A DNA stretch of 63,504 nt, counting the filler, from Octopus bimaculoides (lineage: Eukaryota), in NCBI RefSeq assembly GCF_001194135.2. It is 4 parts of 3 records of this genome, joined end to end, with 100 filler letters (N's around TTAATTAATTAA, not from the genome) between each part and the next. Parts side by side here need not be neighbours in the genome. Positions count along the whole stretch, not along the records: positions 46,605 to 61,356 come from NC_069004.1; positions 61,457 to 63,504 come from NC_068992.1; 2 more parts are not named here. One strand, given 5' to 3'. The notes beneath the pieces were generated by a model. It was not told the origin of the DNA and did no database searches. It worked only from the letters and a program-made list of their open reading frames with translations. Made by a program: the position numbers and the translations under genes. This document shows positions 49,770-61,639 of this stretch, one piece after another (the first letter of the stretch is position 1; every line of letters starts with the position of its first letter).

Positions 49770-50826
49770 TCAAATACTCAAAAGTCTTCTGATGATCCTT
49801 CCTTTTCCGAAAAGGCAACCATTCTGTTGAAGATCCATCCATTTGTCTCATTCTTAACCTTCTCAATCTCAAAGTTTAAGTGGTTGCATTTTATCAACTT
49901 TTCACTCGATTTCTTCACAATCCTGATAGCCAACGGACATGAGGGACCAATCATTAAGCAAATTCTATTTTTCTTGTCTATCACTATAATATTTGGTATA
50001 TTCCATCTAATCCGTTTGAATCGAAAGTCCCTCAAGATCTTGCATACTTCCGACTCAAGCGCGCTTTCTAACCGACGATTGTGCCATGTACTTCCTACTA
50101 CACACCCCATGTTTCGCTAAACTTCCCGTGTAAAACTTAAATTGATTATGTCTCCATTTCTTATATACCCACTGGGGCAACTTGGGCCATTCTTCAACAA
50201 TGTATGCCAATACTTCAGCCCAGACCCCCACATACTCTACATTTTGCCGACATCGTCCCTCCATACACATATTTTCTCAAGTTGTTTGTTTGCACAATTT
50301 GATCTTAAGCAACATGGCTCACGGTTTTTTTCTTCTGTTGCACATAATATTCTTCAAGAGAATGTTTAAGAAAACATAAGAAAATTATAAGTTTGTTTTA
50401 AACTTCAATCTCGTTACATAAAGCAACACATGAAAGAATCAGAGCAAATAGAGATTTAGTTAGGAATTAATGAATTATTATTATTTTAAGTTTGACTTTT
50501 GCTTTGCATTTGTACAAGTTGGCTCCAAGTCTTGCCCAGAGACCTCAAGATACAACAAGTTAGAAGTTCAAGTTGGTGTTATGCCTCGGGTGTCGTATAT
50601 TTGGTTTTGTACATAGTATCGTTCTAGAGAATGTTTAAGAAACCATAAGAAATTATGTGTTTATTTTAAAATTTTAGATTACATAGACAGTATTTAACGT
50701 AGGATAAGGACAGTTCCCATGAGCACTATCTTTTGAATTTCTGCCATTTTGACGTTTCCAGATATCTGAGATAGGTACTAATCAGCACCTTTTGCTATTA
50801 TTATTATTATTATGATTATTATTATG

Positions 50827-50865
<39 letters not shown>

Positions 50866-51750
50866 TGGCCTTATTTTTATCACGTGCTTTCACTGCACTA
50901 CAGAGTGCAACTCAGTATGCCTTGGGTATATGCTGTGATTTGTTGTGGTACTCTTATTTTCACTGTATTGAAAGTGTTTTTTCGTAGGATGTGTGCGATG
51001 CCTAGCAGTACTATTTTCTATATGTTATATACATTCGTAAGTCCTGGTGATTTGGTTATGTATTTCTCTGAATGTTTTTTTAATCATACCTAATGCACTG
51101 ACTATTATACGAATTGTTTCTGGTTCCACATTCGAGTTACTCTTATTTCCAGATCTTTGTGTTTTGAGAGTTTCCCTGTCTCTTTTAGAGAGACATTGTC
51201 ATCTGTTTGTATTGATACCGCGATTAGAAGGCATTTTTTTATTGGTGATTTCTAACAACTATATCCGGTCTGTTAGCCTAGATTTTTCTGTTTGTTTGTA
51301 TACGCACATCCCTGATGTGTGCCTATGGCATCTTTTTTTCAGTAGTTATTCCATAGTGTTAGCATAGTTTCCAGTGTATATAGGTCCCAACTCTGTCATG
51401 TCTGTAGATATATTCCGTCTTAGCCAGGAATGGGCAGCCAGAGACAATATAATTTATTTTTTCTTCTCAATCCCCATATATTCTGCAATTACTTGTTGTA
51501 TTTCTCTTTGTTATGTCTTTTTGGTGATTTCTGGTGGGAAGGTGTTGGTCTTGTGCTGCAATTAAAAATCCTTCAGTCTCTGCTTTGAGTCCTGAGCTTC
51601 TCAGCCATTGTTGGGATTTTGCATTGTCTATTTATTTTCTGCCATGTTTTATCATGATCCGTTGCTGTTCCAGTTTTAGTTTGGATTTCAGTTGTTTTAT
51701 AGCTTTTGTTGTTTCTTCTTTTTCTTCATAGTTGTCAGGTACTATGACTT
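49770..51750 (-). mobile_element. Stack of three R4/Dong-like fragments (about 49770-50380, 50480-50795, 50860-51750)
   Basis: ESALESEVCKILRDF...PNIIVIDKKNRICL (REL), KSQQWLRSSGLKAETEGFLIAAQDQ, CCHC-knuckle remnants and GALG/GT.HIL C-termini, separated by (TTA)n. Confidence 0.87.
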
Positions 51751-51789
51751 CTGTCTTCTTTTTTTTTTTTTTTTGTATTTTTGAGGTCT

Positions 51790-51970
51790 GAAATTTGGGG
51801 AAAGGCTGTAGTCGATTACATCGACACCTCAACTGGTACTTATTTTATCTACCCCGAAAGGATGAAAGGCAAAGTCGACCTCGGCAGAATTTGAACCCAA
51901 AACGTAAGGACAGACGAAATACGGCTCAGCATTTCGCCCGGCGTGCTAATGATTGTGCTAGCTCGCCGCC

Positions 51971-51972
<2 letters not shown>
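51790..51972 (-). mobile_element. SINE family B
   Basis: Reverse complement of the family B consensus, followed by (AAT)n. Confidence 0.85.
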
Positions 51973-52034
<62 letters not shown>

Positions 52035-52449
52035 TAATACAACTTATATAACTAATAATTTGCCTTAGAAAAATGCAGTAATGCAAGCGTAAATAAATGC
52101 AAATTGAAAAGACAAAAATGAAGAATAAATAAATAAATGAATAAAATAAAACTTCAATCACGTTACATAAAGCAACGCAGATGAAAGAATCAGAGCAAAC
52201 AGAGATTTAGTTAGGAATTAATGAAGTAGACAAAGTACAAGACATACAAATCACAAATGAAAGGGATATTAGAGAGCTATTTGATCAACACTGAAAGCAC
52301 AGTGCTAAATGCTAAGAATAAGTTAATAGGTATTAATATCGTAGCTGCTCTCCCCTCCGCCTCCGTTATAATTTATGGTTATAATGTTCTCAACTGTATG
52401 TTAAGCGAATAAGCAAGACTATACAGAAATGTAAATAATAATAATAATA

Positions 52450-52546
<97 letters not shown>

Positions 52547-52641
52547 TGATGATGATGATAACAACGATAATTATATATGTGTACGTACATACACACACGC
52601 ATATATATACATACATATATACATATATATATATATGCATT

Positions 52642-52676
<35 letters not shown>

Positions 52677-53729
52677 ATATATACATACATACATGTATAT
52701 ATAGGCATATATGTATATATATGTGTATACGTATATATATATATATATANNNNNNNNNNNNNNNNNNNNNNNNNNNNNNNNNNNNNNNNATATATATGTA
52801 TCAAAACAAGACATCGAATACGCCAGCCAAAAGCCAAGACACACAAAAAAATATTGCGTTTACTATCAAGGTAGGACGGTGTTGGGACCGGGAAGTAATA
52901 GAAATCTTCGCAAGTTGGAAACTTCGTATGAAATATCTAATAAATAATAAAGGGTAACTGAATACATGTAAGTGAAAAACATGAAAAAGAAAAGAAGAAA
53001 ATAATGTTTTTACTGTCTTCGAGGAAGCTAATAAATATTAAACCGAGACTAATGTAATTCATAAATGTATATAATATAACAGTAATGTAACAGACAGCTG
53101 GGAGTCGAAAAGAAAAACAACAATAGATATTGTTAATAACTAAATATTGAAGGTGTGTATGTACGGTATTGCAGTACATGTAACATTTTCTTTATACGAT
53201 TCATTCATCGCTGATCCAGAATAATACGGTACGCTCATATTGTGAACCACGTTACCTTTATAACCGATAGATCCGTGATAACATGCACTGGCAATCTGTC
53301 GGGGATTCTGTTTGTCACTCAGCGAGTTCGAATGACCGGCTAAAATGCTCGGCCATTGAGGGTCTCCCCTGACGATTGTATGTATTTACATGAACGTGAT
53401 GCGAGAAAGCGGATTAAAATTTCTTTTTCTTTTCATTCGGATTTAAGTAGTCGTACTCATCAACATGCCACCAGTGAATACAAAATTACGAAGGTTCCTG
53501 ATTCTAATAAACGAGGCAGACTGCTGTATTCTCTACAGAAAAAAGAATGAGATGATCAACGAAATACATGACCGTGGAGGATTCGCTGCTGTGGACGGCA
53601 AGTTTTATGTCAATGATTCTACCATTTGTTCGGATTAGTAAATGCGTGCAGATGATTCATTTATCACCGATTCATTTAACAGTTTTTTTAACCAGCCACC
53701 TGTGATAAACAAAGACAGATTCATTACGT

Positions 53730-56580
53730 ATAGCTGGTAGAATCGCTACCTCATCGGACAAAATGTGTAGCCGCATTTCTTCTGGTGCTTTTAGTTCTAA
53801 GTTCAGATTCCGCCACGGTCGACTTTGCTTTTCATCCTTTCGGGTCGATAAAATAGAGTACCAGTGAATTACTGGGGTTGATGTAATCAACTTTCCCCTT
53901 CCCCTCACAATTGCTGGCCTGCTGTCAAACTTAGAAAAAAGTATGTATAGCATATTAGGATATTAACAAGAAAAGCTCTTGCGTGGCGGATACCTGACAA
54001 ATATATTTAGTGAACGATTGGATAATGAAAGCTGAAAACAAGACAGTGAAAACCCGGATCTGAAAGATGTGAGTGAAACATCTATATTCATGTAGTCCAA
54101 GATTCTCTCAGCAGAAAATACCAGCAAAAGCATTATAATCCACCAGAATACGAAACGTGAGTTTGAATATTATGACGAAACAATAAACTTTGTCTCTGCT
54201 GGATGTGTAGGTTTGTCCAGAGCAATAAGGGTATTTAGAAAAACACGGTTGCGGTCAAATAACCAGAGACCTGACAAGAAGAGAGGGGAATAGAGGAGGA
54301 CGAAGAAGAAGAAGAAGAAGAAGAAGAAGAAGAAGAAGAAGAAGAAGAAGAAGAAGAAGAAGAAGAAGAAGAAGAAGATGATGATGATGATAATGTTGAT
54401 GATGATGATGGTGGTGGTGGTGGTGGTGGTGGTGGTGATGATGATGATGATGATGATGATGAAAGAAAGGAGGTGACAAAAAAATGAAGAAAGAAAGGGT
54501 TAAAGAAAGAAAAGAAGCAAAAGAAGTGAGAAGAAAGAAACAGAAAGAAAGAAATGAAAAGGTGGTGAAGGAGAAGAAAAGAGCAAATGGAGAAGAATAT
54601 AGAAAAAGAGAAAAAATGAGGAGGAGGGAGAAGAAGGAAAGAAAGAAAGAAAGGAAAAAAGAAAAACGACTTATCGAAATGGTAAACGCTGTAACGAAAC
54701 AGAACGCATTCCTATTTCAATTGTTTCTGCTGAAAGAATGAAATCAATAAGTGTAAAATTGTAAAATTGAATAAAATGGATGAGAAGTAAATACAGACTA
54801 AAGTCGATGTAGAGTGTCACATCTGGAGATTTCACAAATGTGAATGCTTTGAACTAAAACAAAAAAAAAGAGAAGAAAACATACGTAATTTTGCTATTGT
54901 GACGTCAATTTTATTATCTTTTGTAAAAAGTATGATGTTATTGTATCGTTGAAGATAAATTGTTGGAAACATTTGAACGTTGAGGGAAACAAATAGTGTG
55001 ACAATATTCATTCTGACTCTAAAGCGGCGAACTGGCAGAATCGCTAGAATGCCGTGCAAAATGCTTAGCGGCATTTCATCCGTCTTCACGTTTTGAGTTC
55101 AAATTCCGCCGAAGTTGACTTGGCCTTTCATTCTTTCGAGGACGTCGATACAATAAGTACCAGTCGAGCTTAATCCTTTTCCCCCAATTTGAGGTCTTGT
55201 GCTCCCAGTAGAAAGGATTATTATTATTATTATTATTATTATTACAATGTCGTGATGTTGTTGATTGAAGATATTGTGTCCACCGGGGCTTTGTACTGTT
55301 TGTCAAGTCATAACAAAGACCTCAGACAGACAGTACTTTACGCAATATGTATGCAGTTCTAATTAATGCCGACTTTTGCAATACATCTGGATTGTAGGGT
55401 ATTTCTAAGGTTTTCAATTTCTTTTTTTTTTTCAGGTTGGGTGGTATTGAATCCAGTGCTCCGATGACAATAGGGATAGCATTTATGTCTGACCCTCGTA
55501 GTTGCCACATATTAGCGATCTCAATTTTCAGGTCTCCATCTTTATTAACTTTTTCTCTTTCTTTCATGATGATATGTTGATCTCCTGGCACTGCTACGTC
55601 GATTATTAGGCACTCTTGTTTGTCCCTCCTAAAGGTTACTATATCCGGCTTTCGGTGCTTAGCAACATTTCATCCATCTTTACGTTCTGAGTTCATATTC
55701 CGCCGAAGTTGACTTCGACTTTCATCCTTTCGAGGTCGATACAATAAGTACCAGTCGAGCACTGGGGTCGATGTAACCCACTTAGTCCCTTGGCCGAAAC
55801 AGCTGGTCAAGATTAATTTAGAATTAATATTTATTCTGACTCTAAAGCGGTGAACTGACAGAATTGTTAAGCGCGCCGGAGAAAAGGCTTAGCGGTATTT
55901 CGTCCGTCTTTACGTTCTGAGTTCAAATTCCACCATATTCGACCTCGCCTTCCATCCTTTCAAGCTCAATAAAATAAGTACCAGATAAACACTAGGGTCA
56001 ATGTAATCGACTTACTCCGTTCCGCCGCAATTGCTGGCCTTGTGTCAAAAATTTGAAGCCAATATTTATTCTGTCTGTTTCTGCTGTGAGTTCAAACCTC
56101 GCTGAAGTTCATTCTGGTTTTTATCGATCGGAAGATCAGTAAGCTAGAGTACTACTAGTCCAGTATTGGGGTTGATATAACTGTCTTGCCCCTCCCATTA
56201 AAACGGACTTTGGTCAAAATCTGAAATGATTAAAGGCGGCCGGTTTGCGGGATTGTTAACACGCAGGATAAAATATCTAGAGGCATTTCTTCCAGCTCTT
56301 TATGCTTTACATTTTAAATCTCGCTGAAGTTCATTCTAGCTTTTGTCCATCTTGTAGTCAATAAGGTAGAGTAGTAGTCGAGTACTAAAATGGCGGGGCC
56401 TTCGGCCACAATATGAGACAATTAAAAGAGGCCAGTTAGCAGAATCGTAAGCACGCTGGACAAAGTGCTTAGTGACATTTATTTCAACCGTTTACGCTCT
56501 GAGTTCAAATACCACTGAGGTCAACGTTGTCTTTCATCTTTTCTGGGTGAACAAAATCGAATTGCCCCCCTCACCTCAAA
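53730..56580 (+). mobile_element. Cluster of same-strand SINE family B copies (about 53730-53935, 55020-55215, 55660-55800, 55840-56060, 56090-56200, 56230-56400, 56425-56580)
   Basis: Repeated AAGCGG.GA.CTG.CAGAAT.GTTA...GAGTTCAAAT.CC..C.A.GT.GAC motif at varying divergence. Confidence 0.8.
55245..55620 (-). mobile_element. R4/Dong-like 3' fragment
   Basis: DVA.PGDQHI..KE.EKV.K..DLKIEIA.MW......IPIVIGAL.SIP...LQKSAL..TAYILRKVL. The 3' end abuts (AAT)n. Confidence 0.85.
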
Positions 56581-57904
56581 ACCTCCAAATTCTTGGATTT
56601 GTGCCTAAATTCAATAGAATATATTAGTTGTGCGTACATGTACACACACGCGCACACGTAGAAACGCATACATACACAGAGGCACACACACATACACAGG
56701 CACACACACATATGTACAGTGTGGGAGAGGGAGTGGCAATGAAATAGACAAGGAAAGCGAAAGTAAAAGAAGAGGAAAGATATATAAACAAAAGTGAGAC
56801 ATGTACATACTTATATATATATAAATATGCGTGTGTGTGTGTATGCATGTATCACATTAATCAAAAGACACATTAAAGTGTCTACTCGCTAGAAATAAGA
56901 AGTAAAACCCTCATTCGCTTCTGAATATTTTTGCTGCTGTTGTATATACAACAGCAGCAAAAATTGTATATACAACAGCAGCAAAAATATNNNNNNNNNN
57001 NNNNNNNNNNNNNNNNNNNNNNNNNNNNNNNNNNNNNNNNNNNNNNNNNNNNNNNNNNNNNNNNNNNNNNNNNNNNNNNNNNNNNNNNNNNNNNNNNNNN
57101 NNNNNNNNNNNNNNNNNNNNNNNNNNNNNNNNNNNNNNNNNNNNNNNNNNNNNNNNNNNNNNNNNNNNNNNNNNNNNNNNNNNNNNNNNNNNNNNNNNNN
57201 NNNNNNNNNNNNNNNNNNNNNNNNNNNNNNNNNNNNNNNNNNNNNNNNNNNNNNNNNNNNNNNNNNNNNNNNNNNNNNNNNNNNNNNNNNNNNNNNNNNN
57301 NNNNNNNNNNNNNNNNNNNNNNNNNNNNNNNNNNNNNNNNNNNNNNNNNNNNNNNNNNNNNNNNNNNNNNNNNNNNNNNNNNNNNNNNNNNNNNNNNNNN
57401 NNNNNNNNNNNNNNNNNNNNNNNNNNNNNNNNNNNNNNNNNNNNNNNNNNNNNNNNNNNNNNNNNNNNNNNNNNNNNNNNNNNNNNNNNNNNNNNNNNNN
57501 NNNNNNNNNNNNNNNNNNNNNNNNNNNNNNNNNNNNNNNNNNNNNNNNNNNNNNNNNNNNNNNNNNNNNNNNNNNNNNNNNNNNNNNNNNNNNNNNNNNN
57601 NNNNNNNNNNNNNNNNNNNNNNNNNNNNNNNNNNNNNNNNNNNNNNNNNNNNNNNNNNNNNNNNNNNNNNNNNNNNNNNNNNNNNNNNNNNNNNNNNNNN
57701 NNNNNNNNNNNNNNNNNNNNNNNNNNNNNNNNNNNNNNNNNNNNNNNNNNNNNNNNNNNNNNNNNNNNNNNNNNNNNNNNNNNNNNNNNNNNNNNNNNNN
57801 NNNNNNNNNNNNNNNNNNNNNNNNNNNNNNNNNNNNNNNNNNNNNNNNNNNNNNNNNNNNNNNNNNNNNNNNNNNNNNNNNNNNNNNNNNNNNNNNNNNN
57901 NNNN

Positions 57905-57951
<47 letters not shown>

Positions 57952-58449
57952 TCATATTTATATATATTCATATACATATTCATTATATATATATATACAT
58001 ATATATACACATATATATACACGTACATTTGTAGTTTGGTCGGTGTGTCTGTTGGTGGCAAAAGTATTAGAAATGAAAAGAAATCTGACATTTATATAAA
58101 CAGAATTAATGATGACAACATCCACACTAATGGCGTCGTCGGGAAAAAAAAATGACTGAATCAGCAATAAACTAGAAGTATTAATCTTGTTGCCTTCAAC
58201 TAATAAAACAAGCGGGGGGGGGGCATGGGTCTCCGTCGTTATCTACGACGAGTGTTTCAGCTGTTATGTCAAATGAACAGCTTGCAGGTCATATTGTAGC
58301 GTAAAATGCTAAAGAATTCTTCGAGCACTCGAAGGCTTAATGCAATTCTTAGTGAAAACCAGCGAAAGACTGTTTATGTTATAGATACAGACCATCGTTA
58401 ATTGCTGAACGAGGAAGCATCTGAGTATTATATTTTTTTCCTTTAATAT

Positions 58450-59110
58450 ATTACTGTTTTGTACTCGGCCATTGGATTGCGACCATGTTGGTGCATCACT
58501 TTGACGGGTTCAGTGGATCAAATCGCCCCCCACCGCCACCTTTTTTTCTTTTCTGGTGGGGACGCTTGATACTTATTCTATCCGTCTCTTCTCAAGAAAT
58601 AGGAGAACGTAAACGAACAAACACCGATTGTCAAGTTGTGTGGAGAGGATAAGCACACACACACGCACATACGCACACACACGCATACAGGGCCACAGAC
58701 GCATATTATACATATAGGCGCAAGAGTGGGTGTGTGGTAGAAAGCGTCCTTCCCAACCACATGGTTCCGGGTTCAGTTCCACTGTGTGGCACCTTGGGCA
58801 AGTGTCTTCTACTATAGCTTCTGGCCAACCAAAGCCGTGTGAGTGGACTTGGAGACGGAAACTGAAAGAAACCCGTCGAATGTATATAAATATATGTGTG
58901 TGTTTGTCTGCGTTTGTCCCCCACCATCGCTTGACAACCGGTGTTGGTGTGTTTATGTCCTTGTAACTTAGCGGTTCGGCAAAAGAGACGGATAGAATAA
59001 GTACTAGGTTTACAAAGAATGAGTCTTGGGATCGATTTGCTCAACTAAAGGCGGAGCTCCAGCATGGCCGCAGTAAAATGTCTGAAACAAACAAGACAAT
59101 AAAAGAATAA
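58450..59110. mobile_element. SINE family A pair: diverged copy at about 58450-58700 (-) and full copy at 58725-59110 (+)
   Basis: Family A tail in reverse at 58460-58650, and a full head-to-tail copy starting GAGTGGGTGTGTGGTAG. Confidence 0.8.
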
Positions 59111-59373
59111 AGAATACGATGCACTTCTTCGCAGTTTCTGTCTTCCAAATTTACTAGTAGGACCGATCGTACAGCAACAAGACACTTGCCAAAGTGCCGC
59201 ATAGTGAGACTGAGCCTAAAACCACTTGGTTACAAATCGAGCTTCTTCACCATGCAGCCTTCCCTCACTCACAATCTAAAACTTTAAAGAAATCGTTTCT
59301 CAAAATCAGATTGAAACTTGAGTGATAAATCCAGTTGGTTTAGAACTTATTACTAAAAGACACTTGTCTTTGA

Positions 59374-59890
59374 GATACTGGTTGGAGTGCTCCAGGGATA
59401 CTGGTTGGAGTGCTCCAGGGAGATACATTGGCTCCCTACTTTTTTGTCATCGTAGTGGATTTTATGTGCGATGGAGAAACACCAGGACTCTAGTTTTACA
59501 GTATCACCGGCTCAAAGCAGGAGGGACGAGGCTAAAAAGATATCTGATGCCCAATTTGCTGACGACATAGTTATGGTGACAAACGCAGCGAGGGAGGCAG
59601 AGGAGTTGATGCAAGACATGGACACTATGTCGATGAGTGTGGGACTGAATATGAATGAGATTAAGACGAAGTATCTATTAGAGAACATTAAGAAGCCAGA
59701 GAAGATTATGAATGTAGGCGGGAAGCCACCAGAGTTGGTTGAGGACTTCCTATATCTGGGAGCAAAGATTGGGAACACAGTGGGTGATATAGTTGAGAGG
59801 AAGAGCAAAGCCTGGGTGGCATGCCGCAGTTTGAGATCTATATGGAAGTCAGACCTTCGTAAAGACCTGAAGACCCCTCTCTTCGTTGAT
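59374..59890 (+). mobile_element. RTE/RTEX-like reverse transcriptase internal fragment
   Basis: GVLQGDTLAPYFF, QFADDIV, VGLNMN..KTKY, VEDFLYLGAKI and R..KAWVAC..L..IWKS. The 5' edge has a perfect 23-bp tandem duplication (59374-59396 and 59397-59419). Confidence 0.88.
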
Positions 59891-60077
59891 TCAGGGTTGA
59901 TAAAACAAGTACCACTTGAACACTTGAGTCGATGTAATCGACTTGCCCGCGTCCTCAAAATTGCAGGCCTTGTGCCAAAATTCAAAACCAGTCAGTGTCC
60001 ATATAGGCAAACATACAAGTTTTCATATCGGTCTCTCTGCCCAGCCTTGTCCGCTTCTATATCTGTCTCTTTATATA

Positions 60078-60240
60078 CAGGGTGTCCATAAATTATCTTT
60101 ACAACTTCAACAAATTATCATTTAGATGTGTTGCGTGCAATCAATGCATTTAATGTAGAAGTGTTCTAATAGAATTTTATTTGTTTGCTGTGTTATCCTT
60201 ATTCACTTTGTTTTCTTTCTTAATTTTTGAAATTGACAGC
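60078..60240 (+). mobile_element. Tc1/mariner-like left end
   Basis: TA followed by CAGGGTGTCCATAAATTATCTTTACAA, a typical mariner TIR start. Confidence 0.7.
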
Positions 60241-60323
60241 CTTTGTATGTGTATACACACGCACACGCACATATATATACATACGTACATACGTACCTAC
60301 CTACATACCTACATATCTACATC

Positions 60324-60355
<32 letters not shown>

Positions 60356-61356
60356 CGCACACATATATGTACATACGTACAAACCTACCTACCTATATTC
60401 CTACCTACATACATACATACATACATACGCACACACACACACACACATACATATATACAATCTTTAAGTTCGTTTATGGGAAAACTTGTTTGAGTATGTA
60501 AACAAAAACTCTTATCGTAAGAAACACGTGATTTGTGGATACGCGCGTAGCGAAGCATTAAAATATTTATCAACCCCATCCTTGGATTACCATTATTATT
60601 ACAATATATATNNNNNNNNNNNNNNNNNNNNNNNNNNNNNNNNNNNNNNNNNNNNNNNNNNNNNNNNNNNNATATATATATATATATATATATATATACA
60701 AGTTAATTAGAGGATATATCAAACTCTTAAATGGATGACTACATCCAAGAAAACACTGTGTGTATGTATATATATACAAACATACATAAACACATATGTG
60801 CGTGTGTGCTCGTGTGTGTGCGTGTGTATATATATGTATATATATATATGTATACCGTTATGCCTATATATACATAGATATACATGAATGTAAATATATA
60901 CATACGCACACATGTATGCATGCATGCATATACATATATATACATATATATATATATATATACCTACATATTTACATGAATGCATACTTCCACATATGTA
61001 CATATTCAATCACGTTCTCTCTCTCACACACACTCACACACATATATATACACATACTGAGAGAGAAAGAGAGAGAAAGAGTGACAGCAGAGAGAAAGAG
61101 TAGAAGTACAGTCACGCTAATGAATTATTTATAAACCTTTAGTCGTACTGATAATCGCTAATGCGAAACTCGTGTAAAAGCAGTGTGAATATGAGTTTTA
61201 CTTGCCTTCATTGTGTGTACGCTAGAGTGTATGTCCTTGCACACACACATACACAGGCACACACATTTACTTACATATATACATTTATATATATATGTGT
61301 GTTTGTACATGTATGTCTGTCTATGTGTATTTAAGCATATATATATATATATATAT

Positions 61357-61456
61357 NNNNNNNNNNNNNNNNNNNNNNNNNNNNNNNNNNNNNNNNNNNN
61401 TTAATTAATTAANNNNNNNNNNNNNNNNNNNNNNNNNNNNNNNNNNNNNNNNNNNN
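61357..61456. other. Artificial assembly linker (44 N + TTAATTAATTAA + 44 N)
   Basis: Same structure as at 31055. Confidence 0.95.
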
Positions 61457-61639
61457 ATCTCACACCGTGCGTTTGCCGTTGAAACGTTCATCAGGATCCT
61501 TGAATCTGGAACGATGCTTTTTGTTGTATTTAAATCCCATATATTTGGACGAATTAAAAAATTATAAAGCACGTAATTTTACGCAGAAATTAATTTAAAA
61601 AGCATGATAAAGCACAATAATTAATATATATAAAATAGG

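Noticed and set aside
53363-53406. Second hammerhead candidate (CTGACGA-TTGTA...TACAT-GAAC)
   Set aside because: GAAC replaces GAAA, the base of stem II is mismatched and there is no valid stem III. At best it is a decayed copy.
26836-53637. Plus-strand chain MYSTVCTDEKHIF + 30048 microexon + 53539 exon (phases happen to fit)
   Set aside because: It crosses two artificial linkers and about 23 kb with no independent support.
54484-54741. K/E/R-rich 85-aa ORF
   Set aside because: It is a translation of a purine-rich low-complexity tract.
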